A stretch of 64,000 bases of DNA from positions 3,348,001-3,412,000 of the forward strand of contig CM074806.1 of the NCBI GenBank assembly GCA_037447605.1, written 5' to 3'. Origin of the DNA: Zygnema circumcarinatum SAG 698-1b (Eukaryota > Plantae > Zygnematophyceae). Position 1 is the stretch's first letter, and the number at the start of each line of letters is the position of its first letter. Below, in pieces: positions 51,796-64,000 of the stretch. The notes below the pieces were generated by a model, which worked only from the letters and a program-made list of their open reading frames with translations, made no database searches and was not told where the DNA came from. The position numbers and the translations under genes were made by a program.

Positions 51796-52341
51796 TACTG
51801 TACGTACGAGGGCCGTACTGTACCTGCTGGAAACCACGCGCGGTTCGCAACGACTATCTCGTTCAAATCTTGGAAAGCGCGCGGAGGGGAGGGGAGGGGA
51901 GGAAAGGGGAGGGGAGGGGTGATATCTCGCTGGTGCCTCTTTTCCTTATGTTTCCCAGACCGTTTCTCCAGACCAGGCACTTTTTTTTGTTTGCGCATTT
52001 CTGTCTCATCTAGCGAGGCGTTAGAATTGGTGTAGCTGATTGTAGAAATTATCAGGACAGTTTAGTGACATCATGGTTGCTAGCAGGCATTAAAGCTTCT
52101 TATGATTTATTGGTACTGTTTTTTCTTTAATTGACGCACTAGTATTCGAAAATCTGGTAGTGTATTCTGCAAATATCACTACTAAACTAGCAGAACTACC
52201 TTGAAGCGTTTTTGTGAGTTCTAAATGAACAGCAAATGCAGCATAATCGTAGCGATATTTTTCTGACTGCCTAGAGTCCGTTTCTGATATCTTGAGTATC
52301 AAATTATAGCTGAGGCCTAAAGACTTGTAAAGCCACAAAGC

Positions 52342-55300
52342 ATGGAGCCAGCCAATGATTTCACGAAGGAACACCCAGACGTGCTCTGGCGCATCGAAGA
52401 AGCAGGGCGAAATGCAAAGCAGCAGCTTGGAAACTGCCTCGCCCTCAGTGACCAAGTCGGAGCTTTGCGGCTTGCGTTCGAGGTATGTATGCACATACAG
52501 CTCGTTGTCATTCCCTTTATATTGAACGTTTCCAATTTCCCTATGTTTGATTTCTGTGTATACAAACGTAAAAATTAACGATCATTCTCGAAACTGTGCG
52601 CGAATTCTACACCTTTGACTGCACTAGTGGAATTAAGTATGTTTAACATGAATTTCATAGAACTCCTGAAGTTTAGCTGATGATAATGACTGTAAGCGTA
52701 ACATTCTCTTATGCAGGAACTGCTGAAACTGAAAGATCACCCTCAGCATCAAATCCGAAAAGCGATCTTGTCAGTGGACAGGTTTGCACACTGGCTTTTG
52801 CCCGATGTTTGAGAGCTGCAGAAAGGAAAAGGTTCATACATCTTCAGTGTTTAGCTTCCCGCCAGTCCTGATTTTCCCTTGTCAGGTTTCTAAGAACCGT
52901 ATGCTCTTTGACAGAGGTCGCCTTGTCCTTGCAGTCTAGGTGAATGCAATTGAAAGCTTCTATATCGGCCGTCAAAAGAAAGGAAAGTCTGGCCTGGATT
53001 TCCTTAATGTGTGAATTGCAATTTCGTCTCTGTGTGTCAGGGCCTTGGAAAGGGTTGCGAAGTCGATTGAGCGGTGCACGAGGTCTCCAAAAGTGGCCTT
53101 TTCGAAGGTTCATATCGAGTTACCCTTGATGTTTCAGCAGGTAAGCATCAGATAGTCCTTAGGGAGGAAAAGATTCAAGAAATCGTGATTAAGCCTAAAG
53201 CTCATCAAGTGAGATCTTAAGTGATCTTTGAACTGGAGGTGTTGTCCTTAATTGTGGGGAAACTTTTCTCAAATTGTTCCGTTCTGGCCGGCGTGCACAG
53301 GTGACAAGTAGCCTTATTGGACGCCTCCGTGACGTTAATAATCTCCTAATCCAAGGAGGAGCAAGAACAATGGTGAACATAGGAGAGATGATGATGCAGC
53401 TTGATGAGCTGGAATTTTTGATTGAGACCGTGGATGGAAGCTCCAGGAAAGAGATTTTAAAGGACTTGGTTACCCAACTGGAGATTTTAAGGCAGTGTGA
53501 AAGCGCTGTCGTCACCCTAGATATGCAGCTTGGGAGGGCTAACGTGAGGCTAAAATTGAAAATCCACGAAGAAGTGCGGTCGGAGATCCTTGAGCTAACT
53601 TCCCAGCTCGAATACCAAATGGGTACCGTCAACATGATGAAAGCGTTGCTGCAGCGCAGCACATGGCTCGACCTAAGATGTGCGGAAAAAATTGGTCCTG
53701 AGCTGAAAGAGCAAAGGGAGCATGTGTTAAAGCAGGTGGAGGTCGCTCAGGAAGTAGCAGGACTCATCTTTCAGCCGGACGAGCCGCTCTGCAGCTCAGA
53801 CAGTGACAGTGACAGTGAAATTGACGATGTGATTGTGATGGACAACGAAAGCGATCAGGTTGCGGAGCGGATCAGCAGTCAGATGGGAGAATCGCTAAGG
53901 CTTCGAGGGCTCTTGAGGGGACCAAACGAAAGGCTTGAGAAGAGAGCTATAGCTCTTGTGAGAGATGTTGCCAAGGACCTGCGCATGCAGCTCTGTGCAC
54001 AGCAGGAGAGCTTTCAGGTGCGTAATAACATAGACTTTGACCTGTATTTGAAAAAATCTGGAATATTATAGCATCGGTGTGAGTCTACTTGTGCGCTTTT
54101 GAGTATTGTCGTGTTGTTGTGCTTGCATGATAGTAGAAATCTACGGCTACGAACAGAAAAGCTCTACCAAAGTTGGAACAGGTTTTATGTGAACGAGGTG
54201 GAGGCTGGTTTGTAAGGTTAACTTTGTTTTGGTGTGTACACAGGCAAGCAAGCCGTTGTTCGATGAGGCCCTTTACCATTTCGATGAGAAGTGTTCGGAT
54301 GCTATCTGTGACGAGCTGCTAATGCAAGGAGCAGAATTACAGGAGCAAACAAAGATCTTGATGGCAATCAAATGCGTGTTTGAGACTGGAGCACTTCCCA
54401 TCCTTGGAGGAAATCCTGGAGAGTGGAAAAAGTTGAGAAAGGAGATTATGGCTCAGCAGAAAGCAGTGCGGAAGCAGGTAAACAGGAGAGAACATTCGGC
54501 ATCATGAAAATTTGATTTGATGATCAGTACTAGAATCAACTACATCGCTTGAAGGTTCATATCAACCATGGCTGCGAAGCATGTGCCTTTCTTTATTGTT
54601 AAAAATCTAGGGTCGGTGACAATGTTTGCAGGGAAATGTTCTGAAGGCATTGGAACTTCATGTTCGAGAGGAAATGGCATGTCAGGAGAGAGCAACGGTG
54701 GAAGATACTGCTCGACTTTTGATGAAGCTACAGGACGAGTCCAAGATTTTTGTCAAGCTATCCGTAGAAGCTCTCGCCATTCTCCATCACTGCATTGCTG
54801 ATATGGAGCGAAATTCAGGGGCTCGAGTCCTGCAAATAGAGGCCGGCATGCAGTCTCTCAGATTTCAAACGCAGAGTCAGTCAGAAGGTATGTCCCTGTT
54901 TCGAGTTGTTCGAGACTATAATCACAACAAGCAGCTAAGCAGTGCTGTATAAGGCCTAAATATAGGCAAGGGAGGTGCGGATGACATTATACCGAGCTGC
55001 TTTTGATAGACATTTGAACAAGTGAACAAGTGATAACATTTGCAGCAGCGGCAGCAGTGAGACTCGTGGTTTCTCTTCCTTTCTATGCTGCAGAAACAGC
55101 GTCGATCAGTTCGTGCACTGCTGCAGACAATGGCCATTGGGAGCCCGCCCTGGCCCGCTTTGTCACGTCGATATGGTACGGAACCGGCCCAGATATAGAA
55201 GCTTCAGCCGAAGCTTTGCTCAAGGTAGGTGCTGCAGGAAGCAAAGCAAAATCAGGGTCTGATATGGCTCGTCTAAACTTGCAAAAGCATCGCTGCAATT

Positions 55301-57799
55301 ACCTTATCTCTGAAAAGGATTTTTCTGCATTGTCAATGCAGATGCTACGAACTTTTTACTGATGCTGGCCATAATTTTATGGCAGGTCTGTGCCTGTGGA
55401 GACTTTGGGCCTCTTCCGCAACAGGAGCAAGATGAAAAAGGACCTATGTGGACACGTGGCCTTGTTTCGGCCCTACTATCCGACAGCAATTCTGTTCAAG
55501 CAGCGGCGGCATCAGCCATTGGCTGTTTGGCAAACACAATCCAAACAGAGCTCTTGAAAGCAAAAGCGCCGAAGGTCCCTTTTCCTCTCCTTGCATGGAC
55601 TGTGACAAGGGTAGATGCATATCGCCGATATCACACACTTCGCTCGTGATATCAGTACCTTCATCCATTGAAACTTACGATTTTAGATACGTCATGAAGA
55701 TGCAACTTATGGCACAACTTTGAACTTCCAGCATGCTAAATTCTGCTTGTTTTTCGCCTGAGCTGCTACACTTTGATGTTTTTCACTCATTTTTTCTCAA
55801 TCCCTGCAGATTTTGGTGACTGTCATTCGTGAGGGTCTTACAAACACTCAACTGCGCGCTGTTCTTGCATTGGGCCGACTTTTAGACTCAGATATTGCAA
55901 GAGAGCAAGCACATTCCCTTGGCGCTGTAGAGCTTGTTGTTTCACTGTTGCAATACCAGGTAAGAGTTGAAATATTCTCTGCCTACCTTGAAACGCTTTT
56001 GCCGCTGTCATCGATTGCTTTGGTTACATTCACCATTGTGCCCTCCAAGGAATTGCACTCCATGAAAAACCTTGCTCTTTCCTTTGTGCTACTTTTCGCT
56101 ATGAGAACAGTTCGCTATGCATCTCTACTTCAGCAGACTTCTGCGTTAGTGTTGGGGCTGGAAACAGGCCACTCTGAAATTTAAAGTTTGTACATGAGTA
56201 GCATAGGTGGCTATCATCCTCCCACAAATGAAACTTGTTGCAGAGACTCTGTCGCACAACTTGCCAACGAAAGTAAAGCAAAACTAGAAATACCATACCA
56301 TGCCCATACCATGTCGAAACTATGCTCATGGAAACTGTGGGCTCAGATTATTCTGTTCAATAGTAACAAGAAACGCACTATACCCCTTCCTTGTCTGTGC
56401 AGAGTCCTCAGGCGAGGGCGGCTGCAGCGTTTACACTAAAGAGTTTTGCGTTCAACGATCCCCCTTGCGACAGTCCTCTTCTGCAGAAGATTCGATGTGA
56501 TATGATTCGTTCTAATGTTGTCCCTCTCCTGATCTCTCACTTGAAAGGTGGCAACCCGGAGGGTCGAGCCCATGCACTTGGCGCTTTGGGGGGGCTTGCT
56601 CAAAGCCCTCGCAGTATTGTCGCTATTAATGTGAGGGAAGTCGTTCCTCACGTTGTTCCATTCCTGAGGTCAGACTTTCCTGATGAACAATTCTATGCCG
56701 TAGCAACTCTTGCCTGCTTCAACCAGTCGGTAGATGAAGTCCAAGCCTTGGTGCGACAAAACGCAGTGCCGGACCTTGTGGAGGTGCTCCGCAATGGGGT
56801 GGAAAGGAGCAAGTTTTGCGCAGCGGCAGCTCTGCATTGTGTGGCGAATCTCCCTGATCGGTATGTGAACATGCTGCTAATCCGTAAGGGTGCATCGTTG
56901 TCATAGAAATGGTGGTAGACTTGTGGTTTGTCATTCAACAACTTCTTCTGGTAGGGAAGTGCGGGATGCTTGTTTGAGGCTAGACACTGTTGTTGCTGTG
57001 AGTGTGCGGAAGCATGCAGCTAATTATTGCAGTTGGGAATCTTGTTGTAATTCTGAAAAATGTGTAAAACTGAAGTGGGGTAGGCTTTTAGTGAATATGT
57101 GGAAGGAAAAACGTTCTGCTTAGACTTTTTTGGGGGTGTATTCGGCGCGGTTTGCATTATCGCAACGTTAAGACAAGCACAGAAAAACAGTGATATGTGA
57201 TGGCTAGCTTCTGCTGGGTGACGACACGAGAAGTAGAGTTAAGGGCAAATGCTGACTTTCTATTTTTTTTTTTTTTTTACATGGTGCATTGCAGGGATTA
57301 TCGCGAGTTTATTGTTTCCTATGGACCAGTACGGCCATTGATCACTCTCCTTGCAGAAGGGACTATCCTTGACGTTCAGCTTATGGCACTGGAAACACTC
57401 CGCTCACTCTCTGCAAATGCCTCGATTCGACAAACTGTAATTCAGCAAGGGGCCCTTGCGCCGATCCTTAAACTGTTGTCGAAGGTTGAGAAAGATGATT
57501 CCATGTCCCGAGCAACCATAGCGCTTGCTCTCGCTACATTAGCGAGGGACAAGCTTGCAGCAAACTTTCTGTTGGCCGCTAAAGCGGGGCAGCTTCTTGT
57601 CGATTTACTCAGTGATTTCACGGCCGACGAGGAATTGTGTGTGGAGCTAGTCGCCTCCATTCGACTGCAAGCGAGTGCAAGTCCGGACATGGCTGAGCAG
57701 ATGAACAAAGGGGGAGTGCAGCACCTCTTATTGCCAATGTTGAACAGCAGCTGCGCTGCCTTAGCAACTGGAGCTGCAGCTGCTTTGAAGTGGTTGTGA
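52342..57799 (+). CDS. Armadillo-repeat protein with N-terminal helical-bundle/coiled-coil region
   Basis: Exons 52342-52482, 52717-52781, 53041-53140 and 53301-54018, then further exons giving ARM-type repeats (VVPLLISHLKGG..RAHALGALGGLA, AVPDLVEVLRNG..KFCAAAAL, GPVRPLITLLAEG, GALAPILKLL). Stop at 57799. Middle exon boundaries are partly uncertain. Confidence 0.8.
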
Positions 57800-58560
57800 A
57801 GGAAGAACGGCATTACGAGATTGCGCATCAACGGTTTGAAGACAACCTGAGCCCCTTTCTCTCAGGGGTTGGATGACTGAACAGAGGCGTTCATGACTTG
57901 TTCCTTGATATTGTACAGCTGCAGAAAGTCGGCTTTTGTGCCCTTTTCTGACTAATTCCTATCACACGGATAGCCACCACGATCTATTTGTCTATCCTTT
58001 GTTCTCTCATTATGTATTGACAGGGTCGGATATTCCCATGCCTTAGCGTCTTGCTTGTGCTTGCATTGTTGGCAAGCACCGTTGACAGTCGCCTCCCGTC
58101 AGGTGCTTTTCAGTACTAGGCCAAACTGATGTTTGGCGTATGTAGCGCAGATGCCTTTATGTGTCAAAGGGGAGATTGCCTTGCGTGGCAAGGGAGTGTC
58201 TACGAAATGTATTTGTGCGAATTTTCCTGAAGCAGAGCTTCTCACTTTCCATGTAAACTGACTGTCACTTTCCGGCTGTAAACCATACTTTGCCAATTGA
58301 TCGTGTCGCTGTTGAAGAGTGTCTGTCTTTGGAAAGAATTTAAGAACATCAAACCCAACTGCTGGACGTTCATGTAGAGCAGGGCAAAGCACTGCTGGTA
58401 GCCCTTTTGATGGCAAACCTCTTTTGCCAGAGACGCCGCAAGCCTCCATCCGCTGCCACCCAGTCCCGCGTACTCCCCCCAACGAGCCTCTCCCATCCGC
58501 AAACAGGCCCGGGCCGCCGACTTTCACAACAGAAACCGGTGACTCTCCCGTTGGATATGC

Positions 58561-58700
58561 CACGTGTACGCCATTCCACGTGGCATGCTGACGGTGGCAG
58601 CGAACGCAAAAATGCTCAACCCTACCGGCGGCTCTCCCCTCTTGGCACTTGTACTGAACCAATCATGGTTTGCCACGTGTCCACATTGCATGACGTGGCA
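58561..58700. promoter_or_regulatory. G-box/ABRE cluster plus CCAAT upstream of MetRS
   Basis: CACGTG at 58561, 58577 and 58674, GACGTGGC near 58692, CCAAT near 58659. All lie 110-250 bp before the ATG. Confidence 0.45.
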
Positions 58701-58807
58701 ATCCGTGATTGGTGCCGCGTGAAGACCAGCCCTAGAGGCCCTCCCTGCAGGGCTCTCTGCCTGTCCCTCTCAGCGCGCTTGCTGGCGCTGCTCCCTCCCT
58801 GTCCGCC

Positions 58808-61800
58808 ATGGCTGCGTACACGCTGCGATTTCCCCCCGGAGAGCAGAGCGCGCTGCCGCCCGCCATCGCCACGTTCGCTGCGGAGACACGTGTCACTTTT
58901 GCGCCAGAGCCTGCGGGAGGGCGGGATGGTCTCGCAGGAAGCCACGTGGCGCCCCTCGGGCAGGCGGGAGCCACCACGTGGCTCACGGAGGAGGGTGGAG
59001 CGTACGCTCTGTTTGAGCCGGTCGCTATAGCGCGGCTCGTGGGGGGGACGCAGCTCCTGCCGGAGGCGGGATCACGGGCACTTGAGGGTAGGTGCTCCCT
59101 TTCTCCCTCGTTTTAAACATTGATCTTTTAAGGGCTTAATTATTCAAACTCATTAAGCGTTTTCTGCGAAGACTGAATTTTCGAAATTTCATACGGTTTT
59201 TTGTACGGTTCGTTTATTGAAGTCCTATTCTTCCCTTTTCTCTGCCTATGGAATGGGAATTTCATGCAAATTCAAGTGCATTGAGCTTGCATTAGTAGTA
59301 GTGGACGAAATTCAAGGGAGTTCCTGTATCACACAAAATGTTGTATATTTTATCTGGTTTTTTCTATTACACTTATTCATCCTCATTTTATTTATTTTAT
59401 GATATTTTATTTGATTCTGCTTCCCAGAAGCCGAGGAGCTGCTAGAATGGGAAGAAACTTCTCTCCGCCCGGCCATCTTCAAAGCATTGGAGACTGCCCA
59501 GCCCCTTCCAGAAGTGCGTTTTCCTTCATTCGCCATTTCTCTCTCTCATTCTCTTATTCCTTCGCAGATTCGTTTGTTTCCCTCTTTAAAATCACAGCTT
59601 TTATTTTTTCTCATAGTTGGGAGCTGTGTAAAATAGTAGCTCCTTCCGAAATTACGTGACGATTGATAGTTGGTTTACTAAGCAATAGAGAGGGGGACGC
59701 AGAGAGAGGGGAGAAGGAGGGGAGGGAGAAGGAGATTAGTGACAGGAGGTAGGGAAGGCGACAGTTAGATGCTCTAACTTGACTATTTTGCAATTTCTGG
59801 AACCGCTTTCGATAATTTGTAGCACGAAACAGTATTTTTTCAAATGGTTTCCGAGAAACAGGTGAAATGATGAACGACGGCTGAAGTATGAGTGATTATT
59901 AGCACCTGCTGTTCCCATTTTGGTCAGTCAGAACCAGTGACTAACAGTGAGAACTTGTCTTTCTACTGTACACAGGATTTGGTAAAGATTTTGGAGAAAA
60001 CAACCTCCAACAAGGAATATGTGACAGACGGACGCTTGACATTGGCTGATATTGTGATATGGTCGACACTTTATCCGCTGTTCGGGGCTGGGGGTGCAAT
60101 GGAGAATACCGGTTCGTCTATTGCAAACTGGTTCAGGTATTTTTGCATTCCTCTCGTCTTCTCGTCGTCCCCAAATGCTTATAAATATGTGGGGGCTCCA
60201 CTCGATGCGCTCTTTTCTTTCATATGTCGTTTCACTATTTCTTTTTGTTGAAACTGATTAGTCGTTTAATTTTCAGGAGCATAGCTGCGACTACGCCTTT
60301 TGTCAAAGGTGTGCAAACTGTCCTTTCAGGCAGTTCTCCTGAAGCAATTCGGGAGTCTTTCAAGTCATATTTCTTACCGAAGTTTTCGACCGCTGAAGCT
60401 GAGGAGGCACCATCCGTGCGTCTGCCAATCCCGGGCAGGCGAAACATTTTAGTGACAAGCGCCCTTCCATACGTCAACAATGTCCCCCACTTGGGCAACA
60501 TCATTGGATGTAAGCTAGATATCATTTTTCTGTTCCGCAATATGTCTGCTAGAGAAAGTTAATGCTTGTTGCTAATGTCTTGCTCCATTGAGTTATAAGA
60601 CAGTAGGGTTAACTACAGTTGACTTTTTTTGGGAATGACGAATGGGTTTGGCCAGGCGTCCTCAGCGCTGACGTGTACGCTCGCTTTTGTCGGAGAAGAG
60701 GGCACAATATCATCTACATGTGTGGTACGGATGAATACGGAACAGCAACAGAGACTAAGGCCATGGAAGAGGGCGTGACACCACAACAGATTTGTGACAA
60801 GTATGGACGAGGATTATAATTCTATGCTTGTTACCTTATTCTTTAAAGGAAGCAGTTTTCACAATTCATTATGTATTGACTTTGCTAGTCGTTGTGTGTG
60901 CTTATGAAGCTTGCTGGGAATATTTGTGCAGATATCATGAAATTCATCGGCAAATTTACGAATGGTTTGACATTAGTTTTGACAAATTCGGGCGAACCTC
61001 GACTCCGCAACAAACAGAAATATGCCAATCGATATTTCACTCGCTAGTAAGGGAAAATCGACTTCTTGAAGATACCATGGAACAGGTACTACTTCCAAGG
61101 CCGTCTTTCTCCCTTTTCTCTGCCCTTCTTCTCGTTGTTACACTCACCGCGAACACAGAGATTGTGGGAATCGCGGATGATAGCGATTAGACTCCTCGAT
61201 GCTTCGCGTCAAACAGGCTCTTGAGTTGAGCAAGCACTCAGAACTCCATGGGTTTTCATTCTGTTTGTGTGCCACGTGGCACAGCCCTATTGCGACACCT
61301 GTCAACGGTTTCTCGCAGATCGCTTTGTAGAAGGCACGTGTCCAACTCCCGGATGCGGCTACGACGATGCCCGAGGAGATCAATGCGATAAATGTGGAAA
61401 GCTTCTGAATCCGATCGATCTCATTAATCCGCGCTGCAATGTGTGTTGTACCTGCACCAAACTCCTGCTCTTAAACCAGCTTCCCCTTCTCATAGAGACC
61501 CCAGAGACCAAATAAATAGAGACAATCCAAAATAAATAGTGGCAAGCATTTCCAGCATTGTCACATGCAGTTTGTGTTGCCGCGGTCCGTAGCTTATCGT
61601 GATCGTTAGTTGTGTGTGGTTGTTTTCAATTCTTTGCTTGAAGGTTTGCCGCAACACACCGAGAATCCGTCAGACGGAGCATATGTTTTTGGACCTTCCT
61701 GCACTGAAGGACCGTTTGGAGGCCTATGTTGAATCCACTTCGGTTCAAGGTGGGTGGTCGTCAAATTCCATTCACACAACCGGTGCATGGATACGCGATG

Positions 61801-64000
61801 GGCTGAAGCCGCGCTGCATTACGCGTGATCTCAAATGGGGAGTTCCCGTACCGTTGGAGAAGTACAAGGAAAAGGTAATTTTTCAGGGCTGAATAGGGTT
61901 GATCATTTTTTTTATTTTTTTTACGAATTCTCCCGAATTCAGTGTATAGTTCATGGACAGTTGGTTAAGTTTTTTCTCGCTTGTGTTGCAGGTCTTTTAT
62001 GTCTGGTTTGATGCCCCAATTGGTTACATTTCCATTACGGCAAATTACACTGACAAGTGGCGAGAATGGTGGAATCGTCCGAATGATGTTGAACTGGTGC
62101 AGTTCATGGGAAAAGATAATGTCCCATTTCACACGGTATGAGCAACAGTGTGGAAGTTCAACTTAATTCAGCATCGGCTGCCAGTGCAGTTTCATGTTCT
62201 TGTGAAATAACGTGTGATCAGCGTGCCGGATCGCTAAGTTCCTTCACCCAAAAAGAGCACATTTTAAAAAATCTCCTGGAAATTCTTAAGTGAAATATCT
62301 TATCTGCCATTGTGATCCGTTGGTCCATTATTCCAACAGGTCATTTTTCCCTGCACGCTTTTAGGAACGAACGAGCCATGGACTCTCATGCGAACAATAA
62401 GTGTGACGGAGTACTTGAACTACGAAGGAGGGAAATTTTCAAAGAGCCGCGGAGTGGGTGTGTTTGGGAACGATGCAAAGTCAACTTCGATTCCCGTCGA
62501 AGTGTGGCGGTATTACCTTCTTACCAACCGGCCGGAGGTAGTGTTTTAACTTCAACCACAAGTGGGTGACTTTGTCTCAAGCAGCTGTCTGCTTCCAAAT
62601 GTAAAACTCGTTTGTCTGTTTGTCTTATAAGGGGCAATTGGTTTCATATGTTTCTGCTTGTTCTGACAGTGCAGGCAGAAGCACGTGCTATATTTGTATC
62701 TTTGTATCTTTGTCTTTGCTCTTTTTGTTCCCTGTGCTTAATTTGTCCTGAAGTTGTACTTATTCTGCAGGCTTCCGATACCGTTTTCACTTGGTCGGAT
62801 CTCCAAGCGAAGCAGAACAACGAGCTGCTTAAAAATTTGGGAAATTTTGTGAATAGAGCGCTTGCATTTTTGGCAAAGCCACCAGGTAAAGATATGGCCG
62901 CCTGATTTCTCAGATCTTGTTGAGAATTTCATACATTAAATACATCATAAATCAGTCTCTTGAGTGTGCAGTTTGAACAAATTGTAGACACAGAATGTCT
63001 GCATGACGCCAGTTTATGATGAACTCTTTTATCCGTTAGTGCGAGCTACATGTGAGTGAAAATGTAGTTGATTGTCTATTTTTATCCGTTTGTCGTATCA
63101 TGGAAATTTTCAGGTGAAGGATACGACTCAATACTTCCAGATGCTCCGCTTCAAGTAGACGAACTGACTTCTTCATTGGGCCAAAAAGTTGGAGAGGCCG
63201 TACAGGAGTACGTGGATTCCATGGAAAAGGTGGGGTTCCATGTCCTTCCCTCCGTAAAACCGTCCATTTGGCAGCTTTCCCTTTCGCAGTTGTTCAATTC
63301 TCTCTGAGGGGTCATGCTGTTTCTGTGCAGGTCAAGTTGAAAGCTGGACTGAAGACAGCCATGCACATTTCCAGCCTGGGAAATGTTTACCTTCAAGACT
63401 CCAAATTCTGGAAGCTGTATAAGGAGAACCCTGCTCTATGCGGACTCGTTTTACGGACTTCAGTTGGGGTGGTTCACTTGCTCGCAACAGTGTTGGAGCC
63501 CTTCATGCCATCTTTCTCCCTAAAGGTCTGCCTGCTTCCAATCGTATGCATAGTCCTGCTCCTGCAAATAAAAGGGAAGAGAGAGGGTAATCCCTCCCTT
63601 GGTAATCCGTGCAAAACTAATCCCTATGTCTCTTTATCTCGTTCTCTTTTTTCCCTTTTTTTTTTTTTTTGCAGGTTCTCCGTCAGCTGAACCTTCCGCC
63701 GTCCTCTCTGCAGCTTTCTGAAGAAGATATGCAGCGAGCTTTTCGACCGTGGGAGATCATGCCACGTCAGCATAAAATCGGACGGCCTGAGCCGATTTTC
63801 TCCGAGATGAAAGACGAAGAAGTCGAACACTACAGAAACAAGTTTGCGGGCAGCCAAGCGGAACGGGCAGCCGCGCAAGCTGCCCAGCAAAAGAAAAGTG
63901 AGCAGGGAGGCAAGGCAGCAGTGGCTTCGCAAGAAGTCGGGCAGAAGGAAAAGAAAAAGGGCGGAAAGGCGGAGAGCCATGGGGACGAAAAAACGGGCAG
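58808..64000 (+). CDS. MetRS: Cytosolic methionyl-tRNA synthetase with N-terminal GST-like extension (3' end beyond window)
   Basis: [22 protein letters not shown] (HIGH-type), [11 protein letters not shown], zinc knuckle [61 protein letters not shown] (KMSKS), [13 protein letters not shown]. Confidence 0.96.

Overview
Intron-rich eukaryotic nuclear DNA, most consistent with a streptophyte (charophyte-grade) green alga. This is inferred from the plant-type gene set, a cyanobacteria-derived plastid L28, a bryophyte/charophyte-type 5S fragment and a retained cobalamin adenosyltransferase. I can reconstruct 11 protein-coding genes: a UBP24/USP10-like deubiquitinase (partial), plastid RPL28, a PWWP protein, an MMAB/PduO adenosyltransferase, the REI1-like 60S maturation factor, a SOUL heme-binding protein, a phytolongin-like protein, an Ole e 1-like/Root_cap secreted protein, acireductone dioxygenase, an N-terminal helical-bundle + ARM-repeat protein and cytosolic MetRS (partial). 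There is also an intact tRNA-Leu(AAG), a tRNA pseudogene, a 5'-truncated 5S rRNA piece, a 32-bp minisatellite and a ~660-bp (CT)n. The most structured accessory region is 40.6-51.8 kb, a nested transposon stack. A Ty3/gypsy LTR element sits inside a TA-flanked Tc1/mariner-type MITE, which sits inside another copy of the same MITE. Next to these is a third, inverted copy carrying a Mutator-like deletion derivative. TACWGTA motifs at the MITE ends look like preserved excision footprints. All gene models and alignments were made by eye; no database searches were run.
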